DNA of 64,000 bases. Source: the human T2T-CHM13v2.0 reference genome, Homo sapiens. Positions 1 through 13,924 of the stretch are shown piece after piece. Where the stretch lies: NCBI RefSeq assembly GCF_009914755.1, contig NC_060929.1; one strand, 5' to 3'. The notes beneath the pieces are model-generated. The model did not search any database. It had not been told where the DNA came from and saw only the letters and a list, made by a program, of their open reading frames with translations. How positions within the stretch are numbered: the first letter of the stretch is position 1; the number at the start of each line of letters is the position of its first letter. The position numbers were made by a program, and so were the translations under genes.

Positions 1-174
1 AAAAAGTTATACAAGACACTAGAAAATTCAAACATTAAAGAAATGTCAAGTGAAAATCTTCAGAATGGAGGACTATAATTTTTTCAAAAAGTAAAAGTCC
101 TCATGAGCTTCTCCTCCCTACCCTGAGTAACCACTTTAAATAGTTTAGTGGGTTTTCCTCCTAGTCATTTTCTA

Positions 175-228
175 GATATGTTTTATGTATATATATAAAA
201 ACTGATATGTTTTATGTATATATATAAA
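175..228. repeat. Direct duplication of gatatgttttatgtatatatataaa (period 29)
   Basis: Two identical 25-bp copies at 175-199 and 204-228. Confidence 0.85.
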
Positions 229-959
229 TGAAATCACTATTATTTAAAAGTGCTTTTTTCACTGAGCAATGTCACTTGGACATTTTCCATATATCTGTTT
301 AGAAAAATCGACCTCATTCTTTCCCAATAGTTATATGATATTCCATTGTAAGGCTATACCATAGTTTATTTAACTATCTCCCCTCCATGTGCCCCCCTCC
401 ACCTACTACTTGGCCTTTTTTTTCCTTTTTCTCCTTCTTTTTTTTTTTTTTCTTTTTACAAATTGAGAAGGAGATGAAAAATCTCTGCTGGTATTAGCAA
501 CAGGAACCATCCAGCTGCATCTGGTTAAATCTGGTGGAGTCACAGATGCATGACAACCTGAGTTTCCAGCCAAGGATTAATGTTTCGTGCAGATTACATA
601 GTATTTATATTTTAAACCTGTGACATGTTGAGGGGATAAAATTTTATATCTGTAGGAACAAAATCAGAAATTTATCTGATCATTGTCCTCTTCCTAAGCT
701 TGTTGGGCCCTTGAAAAAATGGATTTTGGGCCCCTTTTTAAAGAAAATTTTAGTTGGCCAGGTGCCTTGTGAGTAAAGAAGACCATAGACAAATCAATAC
801 AGGTGATTTACTTCTTAGCTTAAAAATTGATCTCACATATGATACTTAATGTTTTCGTTTAGAACCTTGGGTTTGTGTCTTGTACCTAAAATCTGCATTC
901 CTACCAAAAACTATTTCATTAATAATATCACATAACCGACAGTCAAATACAGATCAGTA

Positions 960-1369
<410 letters not shown>

Positions 1370-2182
1370 TCACATACCTCTGCCTTGGCACCTTGAAAGG
1401 TTTCAGACAGTCAGGCAACTGGGGAGGCAGCTGTTTTCTGTGGTCACAGAGCACATCAGCTTAAGGCTGGTAAAAAGCTTTGATTATTATTCAGGACATA
1501 TAATACTTTTATTAGCTCCACACTGATTAGTGCTGTGCTAGAACTGCTTTCTGTAAAATTGAGATCCTTCCTTGCATGGAACTTATATTATCTGTAGATA
1601 AATTCCTCGGTATGACATTTGAATGTCTTAACATTTGAGTATCTTAACAAAGTCCAAAGGATAATTAGAATCATCACTCATACAAGACATATTTTGAAGA
1701 CAAAAAGGTGTGGTGCCAATATAAAAGGTTCATTTAAAAGAATCCATTTTACTAACTGCAGGTAAGTATCCAAAAGCAACAACCCACTTTCCCAGTTGAT
1801 TGTGGCTTGTTTTCCCATTCCTGTCCTTTATTCCACGTTGCTGTCTCTCCACTTTCTGATTTTGTAGTGTAGGCTTTGTGTAGCTCTCAAATTCAAATTT
1901 AAGCCACTTAAAATGGAGCTCAAAAGCAGGTCCTGAGAATTGATGGCTGAGTAGTGATGGTGGTCAGTGTTTTACACCTTCGTTCTTATATCTATGTTTA
2001 ACCCAGAGAATGGTATCATAGTTTTACAAAGCATTTGCAGGGTCATTTCTTGAGGCCCTCATGGTGTCTATCTCTCATTCAAGCCACAGGTTATCACCCA
2101 TCAGCCTTTGACCCTGCCCCCTGCTATGGGACATGCCACAAGGCAGGAGGAGTACCCAACACCCTTTCCAGGACTCCCTCTC

Positions 2183-2625
2183 AGGGCTCAAGTGATCCTC
2201 CCACCTCAGCCTCCCAAGCAGCTGGGACTACAGGCATGTGCCTGGCTAACTTTTGTATTTCTTGTAGAGACGAGGTTTTGCCACTTTGTGCAGGCTGGTC
2301 TCGAACTCCTGACCTCAGGTGATCCACCCACTTCAGCCTCCCAAAGTGCTGGAATTACAGCATGAGCTACAGTACCTGGCCTTTTCTTTTTCTTTTTTTT
2401 TTTTTTTTTGAGACAGCATCTCACTCTGTCACCTAGTAGCTATGACCACAGGTATGCACCACCACAACTAGCTTTTTTCTTCCTTTCTTTCTTTTCTTTT
2501 TTTTTTTAGAGATGAAGCCTTGCTATGTTACCCAGTCTGGTCTCAAAATCCTGTCCTCAAGCAGTCCTGCTGCCTTGGCCTCCCAAAGGGTTGGGATTAC
2601 AGGTGTGAGCCAACACATCTGGCCT
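2183..2625 (-). mobile_element. Cluster of partial antisense Alus
   Basis: Alu arm fragments separated by poly(T) tracts. Confidence 0.85.
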
Positions 2626-2759
2626 TGTCTGTTAACATATCTGCCTTTTTCAATGGATTATAACTTCCTTGAGATCAGGGAATCAGTCTCCATATCACAG
2701 CATTATGACAGGCACATATAGGCACTAAAGTAGGAATGAATGAACAAAAAGTAAATGAA

Positions 2760-3800
2760 GATATCACTAGGCATTAGGGAAACACAAATTAAAATTGTGA
2801 TGAGATACCACTAGATACCTATAAGAAAGGCTAAAATTTAAGAAAAGAAACCTAACAAGTGAAGGGAAAGATGTGAAGCAGCTAGAACTTGCATACACTA
2901 CTGGTGGGAATTCAAAATGGCACAACCAGTGTGCAAAATGGTTTGGCAGTCTGCTGTAAAGCTAAACATGAGCTTATTATGTGACTCGACCATTCCACTC
3001 CTACATATTTACCCAAGGAAATTTTGGGGGCACACAGAAACCTGTATGAAATGTATATAGCAATTTTATTCATAATCACCCAAAACTGGAAACAATCTAA
3101 GTGTCCTTCAACTGGTGAGTGGATAAACTAAATGTGATATATTTACACAACGGAATACTACAACACAATGAAAAAGAACAAACCACAGGTATGTGCAACA
3201 GTTTGCATAAATCTCGACTGTAACGCAAAGTGTAAGAACCAGACCAAGGCTGGGCACAATGGCTCACACCTGTAACCTCAGCATTTTGAGAGGCCGAGGC
3301 AGAAGGATGGCTTGAGCCCAGGAGTTCAAGACCAGTCTGGATAATATGGTGAAACTCCGTCTCTACAAAAAGTTAGCCGGGCATGGTGGCGCTTGCCCGT
3401 GGTCCCAGCCATTTGGGAGGCTGAGGCAGGAGAATCACTTGGGAAGCCAAGGCTGCAGTGCTGAGATCACGCCACTGCACTCCAGCCTGGGTGACCGAGG
3501 AGACCTGTCTCAAAAAAAAAAAAAAAACAGATTCCAAAAGCTATGTACAATATGATTCCATTTATATGATATTCTAGAAAAGACAAAACTATAGGGACAG
3601 ACAAGAGATCAGTGATTGCCAGGGGTTAGGGCTGGAGGAAGAGGTGACTCTCAAGGGGCAGCAGGAGGGAATGTTTTGAGGTAATGAAACTGTTCTGTGC
3701 CCTGATAATGATGGTGGTTACATGACTCTGCATTTGTCAAGCTCATAGAACTGTATAACTAAAAACAAATAAAGTTTTACTCTATGAAGATAATACAAAC
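2760..3800 (+). mobile_element. Old L1M 3' region interrupted by an Alu
   Basis: Degenerate L1 ORF2 end/3'UTR (tatgattccatttatatgatattctagaaaagacaaaactata). Confidence 0.75.
3248..3527 (+). mobile_element. Alu (AluJ-like)
   Basis: Dimer with gcttgagcccaggagttcaag; A tail. Confidence 0.9.
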
Positions 3801-3928
3801 TTAATTTGAAAAAGTGAATCAAGGTTATTTTGCTGTTTAGTGTAGATTCAGAAAGAAAATAATCAAAAGAAAATCTGGGTCTGTGGTCCTGTAACCTGCA
3901 GTGATTTTGCCCATGCTCATGTACACAT

Positions 3929-3949
3929 TGTGTGTGTGTGTGTGTGTGT
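3929..3949. repeat. (TG)n microsatellite
   Basis: About 10 TG units. Confidence 0.9.
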
Positions 3950-5900
3950 TCAACAAACATTAAAAGAACACTTCCTATGGACTAGCACTTGCTTAGGAGG
4001 TCTTGATGAGTGGGAAAAGCAGGGTTCCTGCTCTCTTGGTGGGAGAGGGACAGGTAATATGTAAACAACACATGAATATGACAACTTCAGATAGTGATAA
4101 GAGCTGTCAAGACAATAAAACAGGCCTACGTGAGTGGGATTTTGTGTGTGAGCCTCTCTGAGGAGACACCCTTAAGCGAATCCTGGAAGGTACGAAGCCT
4201 GCAGCCATGCATGCAAATACTCAAGTAGAGCTGTCCAGACCAGGAAAACATCACATTCCAAGACTCCTAGGGGACAACATTGAAAACCCTCACTTCAAAA
4301 CTCAGAAAGCCTGGCTAAAATACAACAAACATCCTTTCTATCCTTTCTCATGCGTGGCTGGGCTTCCAGGAAAAAGGCTTAGCCCCCAGGATGGGATTAA
4401 GCTCTATGTTCAGAGAACTGGAAGCAGGTCCATGGGACTGGCTCAAGCCAGTTAGAGGACCAGCAGAAGATGAGCTCAGATACATGAATAGGAAGCAGTC
4501 TACATAGGCCTTAGGTGCCACGATGAGACATTTGGGTTTCATTCCAAATGTACTCAGAGCTGTGGGAGGCTTTCAAGTGACAGAGTGAAGTGACCTTATT
4601 GACATTTTAAAAGGATAACTCTGGCTGCTATAGGAAGAGTGGACTATGGAGGACCAAGAGTGACAGGGAGACCAAACAGGAGGCTGTTGCTAAAGGTCAG
4701 GGGAAGGTCCACGTCGGCCAGAACCTGTGCAGTGCCATGGAGATAGGGAGAAGTGAGTGGCTTTGAGGTAGATTTTAGAGCTGGAACTTGCTGATGGATT
4801 GAACATTGGGGATTGTGAGGGAAAAAGAAGATGAGGATGAGGTCTCAGTTTTTGACACGTGTATCTGGGGTCTGACAGTGCTGAAATAGGGAAGGGTAAG
4901 AGAGAAACAAGAGTTTTCCTTGATAGTGTGGCAGGAAACCAAAATTCCATTTTAGACATGGTAACTTTGAGACACCCATTAGGCATCTCTGTGAAGATGT
5001 AAGTAGGCAGGTCGAGGTATATTTCTGGAGCTCTGGGAACAGAAAAAGAATGTATTTCAGAGACAGTGGCATGCAGGTGGCACTTACAGTCTTGGAGATA
5101 GATTAGTGCCCCTAGAAAGGGCCTGTGGAGAGAGGAGATGACTAATGACCAAGATTTGGACTGTGCCAACCTTTGGGGGCCAGTCAGAGGAGCCAGCTAA
5201 GGAAACTGAAGGAAAGCCAGTGAGGTGGGAACGAAACTAGCATGTAGTGATGCAGAAGCCAAGGGAAATAAGTTTTACAAAAAACAGTGGAATGGACAGC
5301 TATACAGAATGATTTAGAGAGTTTGATTAGAGTGCAACCATTAAATATGACAAAGACTGGTGGCCTTGGTTAGCGCAGTTTCTGTGGAATTTGGGAACAG
5401 CCTGTTTGGGGTGAGAATACTGGGGGAGAAAGTGGAGACTGGCTATAGACCATCCTTTTGAGGTTTTACTGTAAAGGGGAACTGAGGAATAGCAGTGCAG
5501 CTGGAGAAGCCTGTGGGAGTGGAGGAAGGGCTCTTTCTCAGGTGTCAGATAGAGATATGCTGATAGAATGACCCATCAAGTAAAGCGAGAGAACATGACG
5601 ATGAGGGTTGGAGAGGAGGAACAGATACTTACAGGAGTTCCGTCCTTGAGGGAAAGAGAAGGATGAGCTCCACCGCCCATGTGAGCAGGGTGGCCTTAGC
5701 TAGGCACATGGACGGCTCATCAGTTGTAATCAAAGAGAAGACAGGGAGATGGAACAGGGGCAGGTGGATGAATAGATTCAAGGATGAGAAGATGAGGAGT
5801 ATGTAGTTCTCTCTGTGTTTATTTCCTCTAAGAAATAGGAAGTAAGGTCAAGTGCCAGGAGTGGAGTTGGTTGCTGGAGATTTGAAGAGAAATGGAAAAA
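3950..5900 (-). mobile_element. L2 fragments
   Basis: Purine-rich degenerate L2 (ttttagacatggtaactttgagacaccc...). Confidence 0.6.
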
Positions 5901-6400
5901 GGTATAAAATGGTTTTGGATACTGGGGAAAAAAAGCATATTACAAACAAATGGAGAGAGAAATGAGTGGACAACACACCCTTTAGAGAGAGAGAGACACC
6001 ACCAGCATGTGTGTGTTCATATGTGTGTGTCACACACACATATGCACACACACACTAAGCAATGAAGGAGAGAAGGACCTCAACAGCAACAAGTAGGCTA
6101 AACTTCAGCTGTTCAATGGAAGAATCTACACCTGAAGAAACGATTCTAAGCTGAGCAGAGCTGGACTCTGCATCAGTTAGCTCTCTTCTGGGTTTTGATT
6201 GTGGTCCAATTCCTTGGGAGGCTGAAAACCGCCCGACTGGAATCATGTTGCAATCAGTCTCTCCATCAGCTGATATGATGTTCCAGAGCAGTAAGAGTGA
6301 AGAATAAAATTCAACAAAATTCCCGAGACCAGCTGTCAAGATGGAGCCCGGCGTCCTTGGAGAGGCTTCTGGAGAAGTCCAAGCAAAAGCAGGGAGCCTG

Positions 6401-7172
6401 CCCCGGCGGCCTCGTGGCCGGCTCCGAGGTGGCCTGGCTGCTTTCCCCGGGGGGTGTCTGGGAGGCAGGCGTCAGGGGCCTCCAGGTGCGGGACCTGCCC
6501 GGGTGTGGGGGTGTGGGGTCCCCTGGCCCAGAGCAGGCTCATCCTGCCAAGCCTAGGTCTAAGCACAATCTCAGCTTTTGGAGCCAGCAGTTGCAGCCAG
6601 GCCGAATTCAGTTTTTCTGGAATTCAGTTGTTCTGACCCAAGTTCAGCCGGCAAGTGAGGGTCCGCTGTGTTCCTGGTGCTGAGAGCGCGACAGGGTCTG
6701 AGCCTGCCAGGATGACAGGATCCTGGTGATGCGGCCCAACAGGAAGCAAAGCACAGGGAGGCAGAAATGAGAAACAGTATCTTAGCCCAAGTTCTAAATC
6801 AGTCGGCCCCTGGCCAGGTTAAGTAACTTAGCACGTGTAAAGACTAAAAAAACTAAAGCAGTAGAGAATTACCTTATACAGATGACAAGATATGGACAAC
6901 TAAGTGAGAAGGTATCACAACTAGGTTTAATAGAAATCCTTAAAAAAAGTAAGCCGACAAACAGAAAAGACAACAACAGTGAAATTCAACAGAAGAAAAG
7001 TAATAGACTCTGATGAAGATGACGATTATTGAACTAAAAGTTTTCATAGACTAGAACTTAATGGAACGATTCTAGGATGGAAGTTAAGATCTGATTTAAA
7101 ATTTACTTTGTTTATTGTCTATATGCCTTTTTTAAAAATAAACTTGTTATGCAAAGTAAAAAAAAAAAAAAA
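6401..7172 (+). pseudogene. Processed pseudogene of PDCD5 (programmed cell death 5) in an SV2C intron
   Basis: 6719-7032 translates as [26 protein letters not shown]...[11 protein letters not shown] with two +1 frameshifts (~6810, ~6948); intronless; AATAAA 7137-7142; poly(A) 7158-7172; TSD aaa(a/g)gcagggagcctg at 6385-6400 and 7170-7185. Confidence 0.93.
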
Positions 7173-7267
7173 GGCAGGGAGCCTGAAGTTTTATAGAGAA
7201 TGCTACGGTTCTCCAACTTAACTTCTATCAGCCAAGTTAGCAGTAGAGCTTTAACTGTAAGAAGAAG

Positions 7268-7755
7268 TGTATTGGTTTCTGTTGCTGCTGTAACAAATCG
7301 CTATAAGCATGTTGGCTTTAAACAACACAAATTTGTTATCTGACAGTTCTAGAGATCAAAAGTTTAAACGGATTCGCAGGGCTTCTAGAGTCTCCTTCTG
7401 GAGGCTCTAGGAGAGATTATGTGTTCTTGTCTTTCCAGCTTCTACCAGCCACCTGCATTCCCTAGTTTGTGACCCACTCCTCTATCTTCAAAGCCAGCAG
7501 CACAGCATCTTCAAGTCTCTCTCCAAACTAATCTCTGCTTCCCTCAACCCATCTCCCTTTCTCATTGTCCCTGCCTCCCTCTTTTCCTTCTAGGGACATT
7601 TGTATTTACATTGAGCCCAACCATATAATATAAAATAATCTCTTTGTCTCGAGATCCTTAACTTAATAACACTTACAAAGCCCCTTGGCATGTAAGGTAA
7701 CATATTCACAGATTAGGATGAGGACATCTTTAGGGGTGAGGGAATATTCTACCGT
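7268..7755 (-). mobile_element. MLT1-family MaLR LTR
   Basis: tgtattggtttctgttgctgctgtaacaaat... terminus typical of reverse-complemented MLT1. Confidence 0.75.
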
Positions 7756-7851
7756 AAGAAGCTTCCTGCTGTATCCATTGTAGTGACTTTCTCTTTGGTT
7801 AAATCACTTCATCCTATTTGCCTTTGAAAACTTACCTTCTGAACTAATTGA

Positions 7852-8463
7852 GGTTCTGTGTGAGAAACATGTGAGGGGAGAAGAAAAGGCACACACACAA
7901 TACCTTTAAGGGTAAACAAGCTTTATCCCACGTAAATGGCAATGCAGATATAATAAGCAAATTGATATAATAAGCAAATGATATAATAAGCAAATTGATA
8001 TAATAAGCAGATTGACATAATAAGCAAATTGCAATGGGAAGGAGAGAAGGGAAAAGAGATTTACATTCACCAGACTATGGAGGATTCACCCCCAGACTGG
8101 GAAGTAACAGCCTGGACTCCAAAGTCAGCCACTCATCCATGTACAGACAAGGAGAGGTCTCATGAAGCTTTGGCGCAGTCTGGGACCCCAGCTCTTTTTG
8201 TAACAAATTGTTTGGCATGAGGCCCAGTCATGAGGGCCCTTCTCGACTAGGCTCAAGGAACACAAAAAAGTCAACCTGTTTTTGTGATTGTCTATTGTTT
8301 TTCAATAACTAATGTGTAAGAGTCGATTGAAATAGAGATTTCTCTGAAACAGTGCTGGATGAATGCCTCAAGTGGCTCACATAACCTGTTCTGGGACTTG
8401 GTGACCATTGTTTGTGTCCATGTTCATCTGAGTTCAAATTTAATATTTAACTTTTCCTCCACA
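7852..8463 (-). mobile_element. ERV solo LTR (probably LTR18B, ERVL class) with an internal 17-bp tandem repeat
   Basis: Minus strand begins TGTGGAGGAAAAGTTAAATATT; 5-bp TSD attga at 7847-7851 and 8464-8468; family name from memory. Confidence 0.7.
7947..8030. repeat. Tandem repeat (GATATAATAAGCAAATT)x5
   Basis: Five near-identical 16-17 bp units read directly. Confidence 0.95.
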
Positions 8464-8487
8464 ATTGATTAGAACAGTGGTACCAGA

Positions 8488-9207
<720 letters not shown>

Positions 9208-10156
9208 TCAGCCACCTAAAGCTTTTATTTTTCTTTCAGTGCCTTAAAGTAATAGGATTTAGAGCTTTTAAAAAGAAGTTCTTTATATGAAGCTCTGAGA
9301 TCAAATGTGAAGTCAACAAGTTGTTTTCTCTGATCCATCATAGGGTTTTTTTCTGCATTTTGGATATGTGAGAGTTTTGAACTTCTGCTACATAAAACAT
9401 CATAGCAATCATACACCCTACAGTTTATGATATAATTAATATGGTAATATACGCTATCTTCATATATTAAATTCCCAGAGTCTACTAATCTAAGATTAAT
9501 ATAGCATGTCATTGATGTTTACATCATTTGTCAACAAATTCAGCATTTAAGAATGAGTAAGCATGCACACACATGAGGCTGTGTGTGGCTGTAAGATTCT
9601 GTCTCAAGTCCTGGCAGGAAAGACTAAGGTGTAACTTCAGCTCTGTGGCCTTGAGGAAGTTACATCACCTTCAGAATCTCACTTGGCTCCCAGGTAAACA
9701 ATGAGTAATTATACAGCTCTCCTGGAGATAGGATGTATATTATCTGATTTTTGTTCACAAAAAGGCATATAAATACCAAGCATTGCTATAAATTAAAATT
9801 TCACCTCACATAATTCATCTATGCCTTTATAAATCTCCTCTCTGTTTTCAATTAGATTTGATATGCCTCATTATTTCTCACTTAGAACCAGCCATTGGAA
9901 TGAATTTTATATTCATTTGAATGGATATAAAATGGTTTGCTTTCAACCATTTTATGTTTATTCAAATATTAGCTTTCTTTTAGTTCTTGAAAGGATTTCT
10001 GTTTATATCCCATTATGCTTATTTTTCTATTATATAAAAATTTATATTTTTATAATATTTAGAAGTTGAAGTGTTCTATTTAGAAATGTAAAATTCTCTG
10101 GATCTATTTCATGAGGTGGATGAGGAGACATGCAGCAACCGCCAATTCCTAATAAT

Positions 10157-10620
10157 TGTACTGGTCAGGGTGCCAGCAGGAAGCTAGTGACACCCTCAAA
10201 AGGGGCCGTGGAAAGGTGTTTAGCGAAGGGACTCTTTATGAAGATGTGGGAACCATTCAGAGAAAGCAATAAGGAATAATAAAGCACCCTGGATCCACCT
10301 GTGCCTCAAAGAGCAACAGGAGGGAGGGGTGGCCAGACCCTGAAAAGAGCGGTGGCTGCTGTGAAAGAAGGCCCAGGAAATGAGAGCACACACTGCCAGA
10401 CCTCCAGCCAGTCAGGGGGAAGGGAGAAGGGAAGCAAGGGAAATAATATCCCAACCCTCCTTCACTCTGTTCTCTTGCCTTCCTTCCTTTATTCAAACTT
10501 AGCTACAAGCCAGTGGGCAAGGGAGCCGGTTGATGCAGTCCACAGAGGGCCATTCCCTAGCACACAGCAGAGTGGGAAAGAGTGGAGAGTGATCTGGAAG
10601 AGCAAACAAAAGATAACTAG
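10157..10620. mobile_element. Old ERVL/MaLR-type LTR remnant
   Basis: tgtactggtcagggtgccagcaggaag... LTR-like start; family uncertain. Confidence 0.4.
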
Positions 10621-10921
10621 CGCAGTGGTCTATTGGAAAAAGCATCCCAAATTTATGTTGGCCTTTGGGGTTTGGTACATGCATACCTGCACCCCCATAC
10701 TTAGGCCTTGACCCCTTTGGTTCCAAGCACCTTTCTTCTCAGCTCTGCCATTATGGGTCTTAAAGCTGAGCTGGCCACCATGGATGATGCCCAGATCAGC
10801 TCACTGCTCTGTGGATAGTAAGACTTGACTAATAAGTCCATGGTTCGGGCATCCCGGGTGATGTTCCCAGGAGGCTGTCTGGGAGGAGCTCTCCCTCACT
10901 CTCCGTGTCCTCCTTTTCCAG

Positions 10922-11055
10922 GGTGGAGCTTCAGCATGGGATCGGCCTACCAGTTTCACAGTTGGCGTGTGTTTGTCATCGTCTGTGCACTCCCCTGTGT
11001 CTCCTCCGTGGTGGCCCTCACATTCATGCCTGAAAGCCCACGATTCTTGTTGGAG
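10922..11055 (+). CDS. SV2C: SV2C coding exon (probable exon 5): (G)WSFSMGSAYQFHSWRVFVIVCALPCVSSVVALTFMPESPRFLLE
   Basis: Pyrimidine tract + CAG acceptor ending 10921, GTAACA donor at 11056; 134 nt; MFS PESPRFL motif; recognised SV2C sequence. Confidence 0.97.
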
Positions 11056-11540
11056 GTAACACTTATTATTGCAGATACTCAGGTAGCCCACCTCTATTGG
11101 AAAAAGTTCCTTGTTAATTCTAGGAAAGCACATTTGCCTATTTGAGAGGTACATTTTCCCTTCCTATTATAGAATGATGGAGGGTTTGGTTTCATGGAGA
11201 CCTGCTTTCAACAACCAACATGTAAAAAAGCTGCCTCATGGCTAGAAAGCACTCATGTTTCTCCTTAAACAAATAACTTGGCTCAATGAAGAAAACATGA
11301 TTTATTGTTTTATAGCGAAATTTTACCATCTGGAGATACTATTTCTAGTTATAACCATATTATTTGAACTGCTCATGTATTCAGTGATATCCAAATAGTC
11401 TGTATGTTCCAATGGGATGTACTGAGATACATTTGCACAATTACACCTCATTTGATCTGACAATGCAAGACGGCTATTGGAAAATCAGGGAGGGTAAGTG
11501 TGTCACTCCTAGCGCTTCACTGTCCACTCTCATTTCTTAG

Positions 11541-11630
11541 GTTGGAAAACATGATGAAGCTTGGATGATTCTGAAGTTAATTCATGACACCAACATGAGA
11601 GCCCGGGGTCAGCCTGAGAAGGTCTTCACG
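11541..11630 (+). CDS. SV2C: SV2C coding exon (probable exon 6): VGKHDEAWMILKLIHDTNMRARGQPEKVFT
   Basis: tttcttag acceptor, GTGAGT donor; 90 nt, phase 0-0; continues the frame. Confidence 0.97.
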
Positions 11631-11661
11631 GTGAGTCTTCTCCCCAGAGAATCCTCAACAC

Positions 11662-11878
11662 CAGGGATTGGGACATGTTTTCTGTCAAGGGAAAAATTGT
11701 AAATATTTTAGACTTTGCAAGTCATACGGTCTTTGACACAGCTACTCAGCTCTGCCATTGTAGTGCAAAAGCAGCCATAGGCAATGTTAAAATAAATGGG
11801 ATGACTGTGTGTCAATAAAACTTTATTTACAGAGACAGGCAGAGGGCTGTTTTTGGCCCATAGGTTGCCAACCTTGCT
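11662..11878. mobile_element. MER58A-like hAT-Charlie DNA transposon fossil
   Basis: gtaaatattttagactttgc...ctactcagctctgccattgtagtgcaaaagcagccatag...ataaaactttattta. Confidence 0.8.
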
Positions 11879-12383
11879 TATGCCTATCTAGGACTCGAGG
11901 GCTCTGTGGTTGGTTAAATGATAACACCAACCCAAGAGATGGGGTTAAGGTGGAAAGACTGCATTTTCATCACAGACTTACTTACTCTCTGACTCCCAGG
12001 TTCAGTACCCGAGGACAAGAGATTCTTGGTGTAGGGACTGCCAGCTGATTCTCCTTGACCTGCTACCAGAAGAGAGCCAGGCTGTGCAGGGCCATTTCCT
12101 CCACTCGGCCAGGTCATACCTTTTCAAGTGACACTCAGCCCCCACAAAGGTGTATACTCATAGCAGCCCCATAACATTTTCTCTAAGATGTCAGAGAGAC
12201 ATCTTAGAGAGGTATGCCTCTGTTAGGACCACCATGAGGCCTTTAACAGACCTTGGAATACATAGTAAATGGTAAAATTATTTATTGAAAACAAAAAAAA
12301 ACCAGTATCTAATAAGTGAGAAAACAATTATACTAAGGATCAAAGCAATGTAACAACATAAAACTAATCTCTGGGTTTCCTGA

Positions 12384-12762
12384 TGTATTAGTCCATTTTC
12401 ATGCTGCTAATAAAGACATACCCAAGACTGGGCAATTTATAAAGGAAAAAGGTTTAATTGACTCACAGTTCAGCATGGCTGGAGAGGACTCAGGAAACTT
12501 CTGATCATGGCAGAAGGGGAAGCAAACACGTCCTTCTTCACATGGCGGCAACAAGGAGAAATGCTGAGCAAAAGGGAGAAAATCCCCTTGTAAAACCATC
12601 AGATACCGTCAGAACTCACTGACTGTCATGAGAACAGCAGCATAGGGGTAACTGTCCCCATGATTCAATTACCTCCCACTGGGTCCCTCCCACAACACGT
12701 GGGGATTATGGGAACTACAATTCGAGATGAGATCTGGGTGGGGACACGGCCAAACCATATCA
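12384..12762 (-). mobile_element. THE1 (THE1C-like) solo LTR
   Basis: tgtattagtccattttcatgctgc...caaaccatatca; 5-bp TSD cctga on both sides. Confidence 0.9.
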
Positions 12763-13564
12763 CCTGACAACCAAAGCAAAGGATAAATTTAATGAATTAT
12801 ATCATTATTGATATAAAGCAATGTGTTCGCTTTTCAGGAAATGCTTTTCAGGTAGTGTATTCACTTTTCAGGAAAGGCCAATTTTATCTTGTTCTAATTT
12901 GTGAAAAGTTTATTCATAGGCCTTATTATAAGGGATATTGAACAATATAATGGACATTATTTTCAGTAACACTTTTACATAAAGGCAGACATTTCACACA
13001 TGGCCATTTCTTAGGTTAATAATTAATCAGAATTTGGTAAAGGAAAGTAGCTATATAGGAAACCAGAGAAAGGTAATCCAAGAATGTGGCTTCAACTTGA
13101 TATAGCTTGACATGAACATAAGGTATAAAAGAATCATAGATATAGTTCCAAAAATATATATTTCATTTTATTATACATGCAGGCACATGGGCACACACAT
13201 ACATAACACATACCCCAGTTTCACATTCTAGCAGCTTCCCATTGCTCTCAGGATAAAGACAGAAACCCTCCCTCCGGACACTAAGGTCCTGCCAGTCTCC
13301 TTCCTGCCTGCTTTATAGTTCCCCTCTCTCTGCAGCTACATTCATCCCTCAGCTCCTCACACTCAACATTTGACTTACTATACAGCACTACCACAGTGCT
13401 GCTGTTCCCTCTGCATGGAACATTCCTCCATCTCTAGTTACAAAGCTGATTCTCCATGGGGAAAGCCAGTATAAATTAATTTAAATTGGTTGCAGGAAAT
13501 GTTTCGGAAGGAACAATTGTTTAAAATCTTTCAATATACGCAGTCATATAATTAGACTAAAAAT

Positions 13565-13924
<360 letters not shown>

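Noticed and set aside
6297-6683. Several overlapping ORFs in GC-rich sequence
   Set aside because: They cross the retrocopy TSD and reflect stop-codon scarcity; none is in frame with the PDCD5 remnant.
7947-8030. CRISPR-like repeat array
   Set aside because: Contiguous tandem units with no spacers, inside an LTR in primate DNA.
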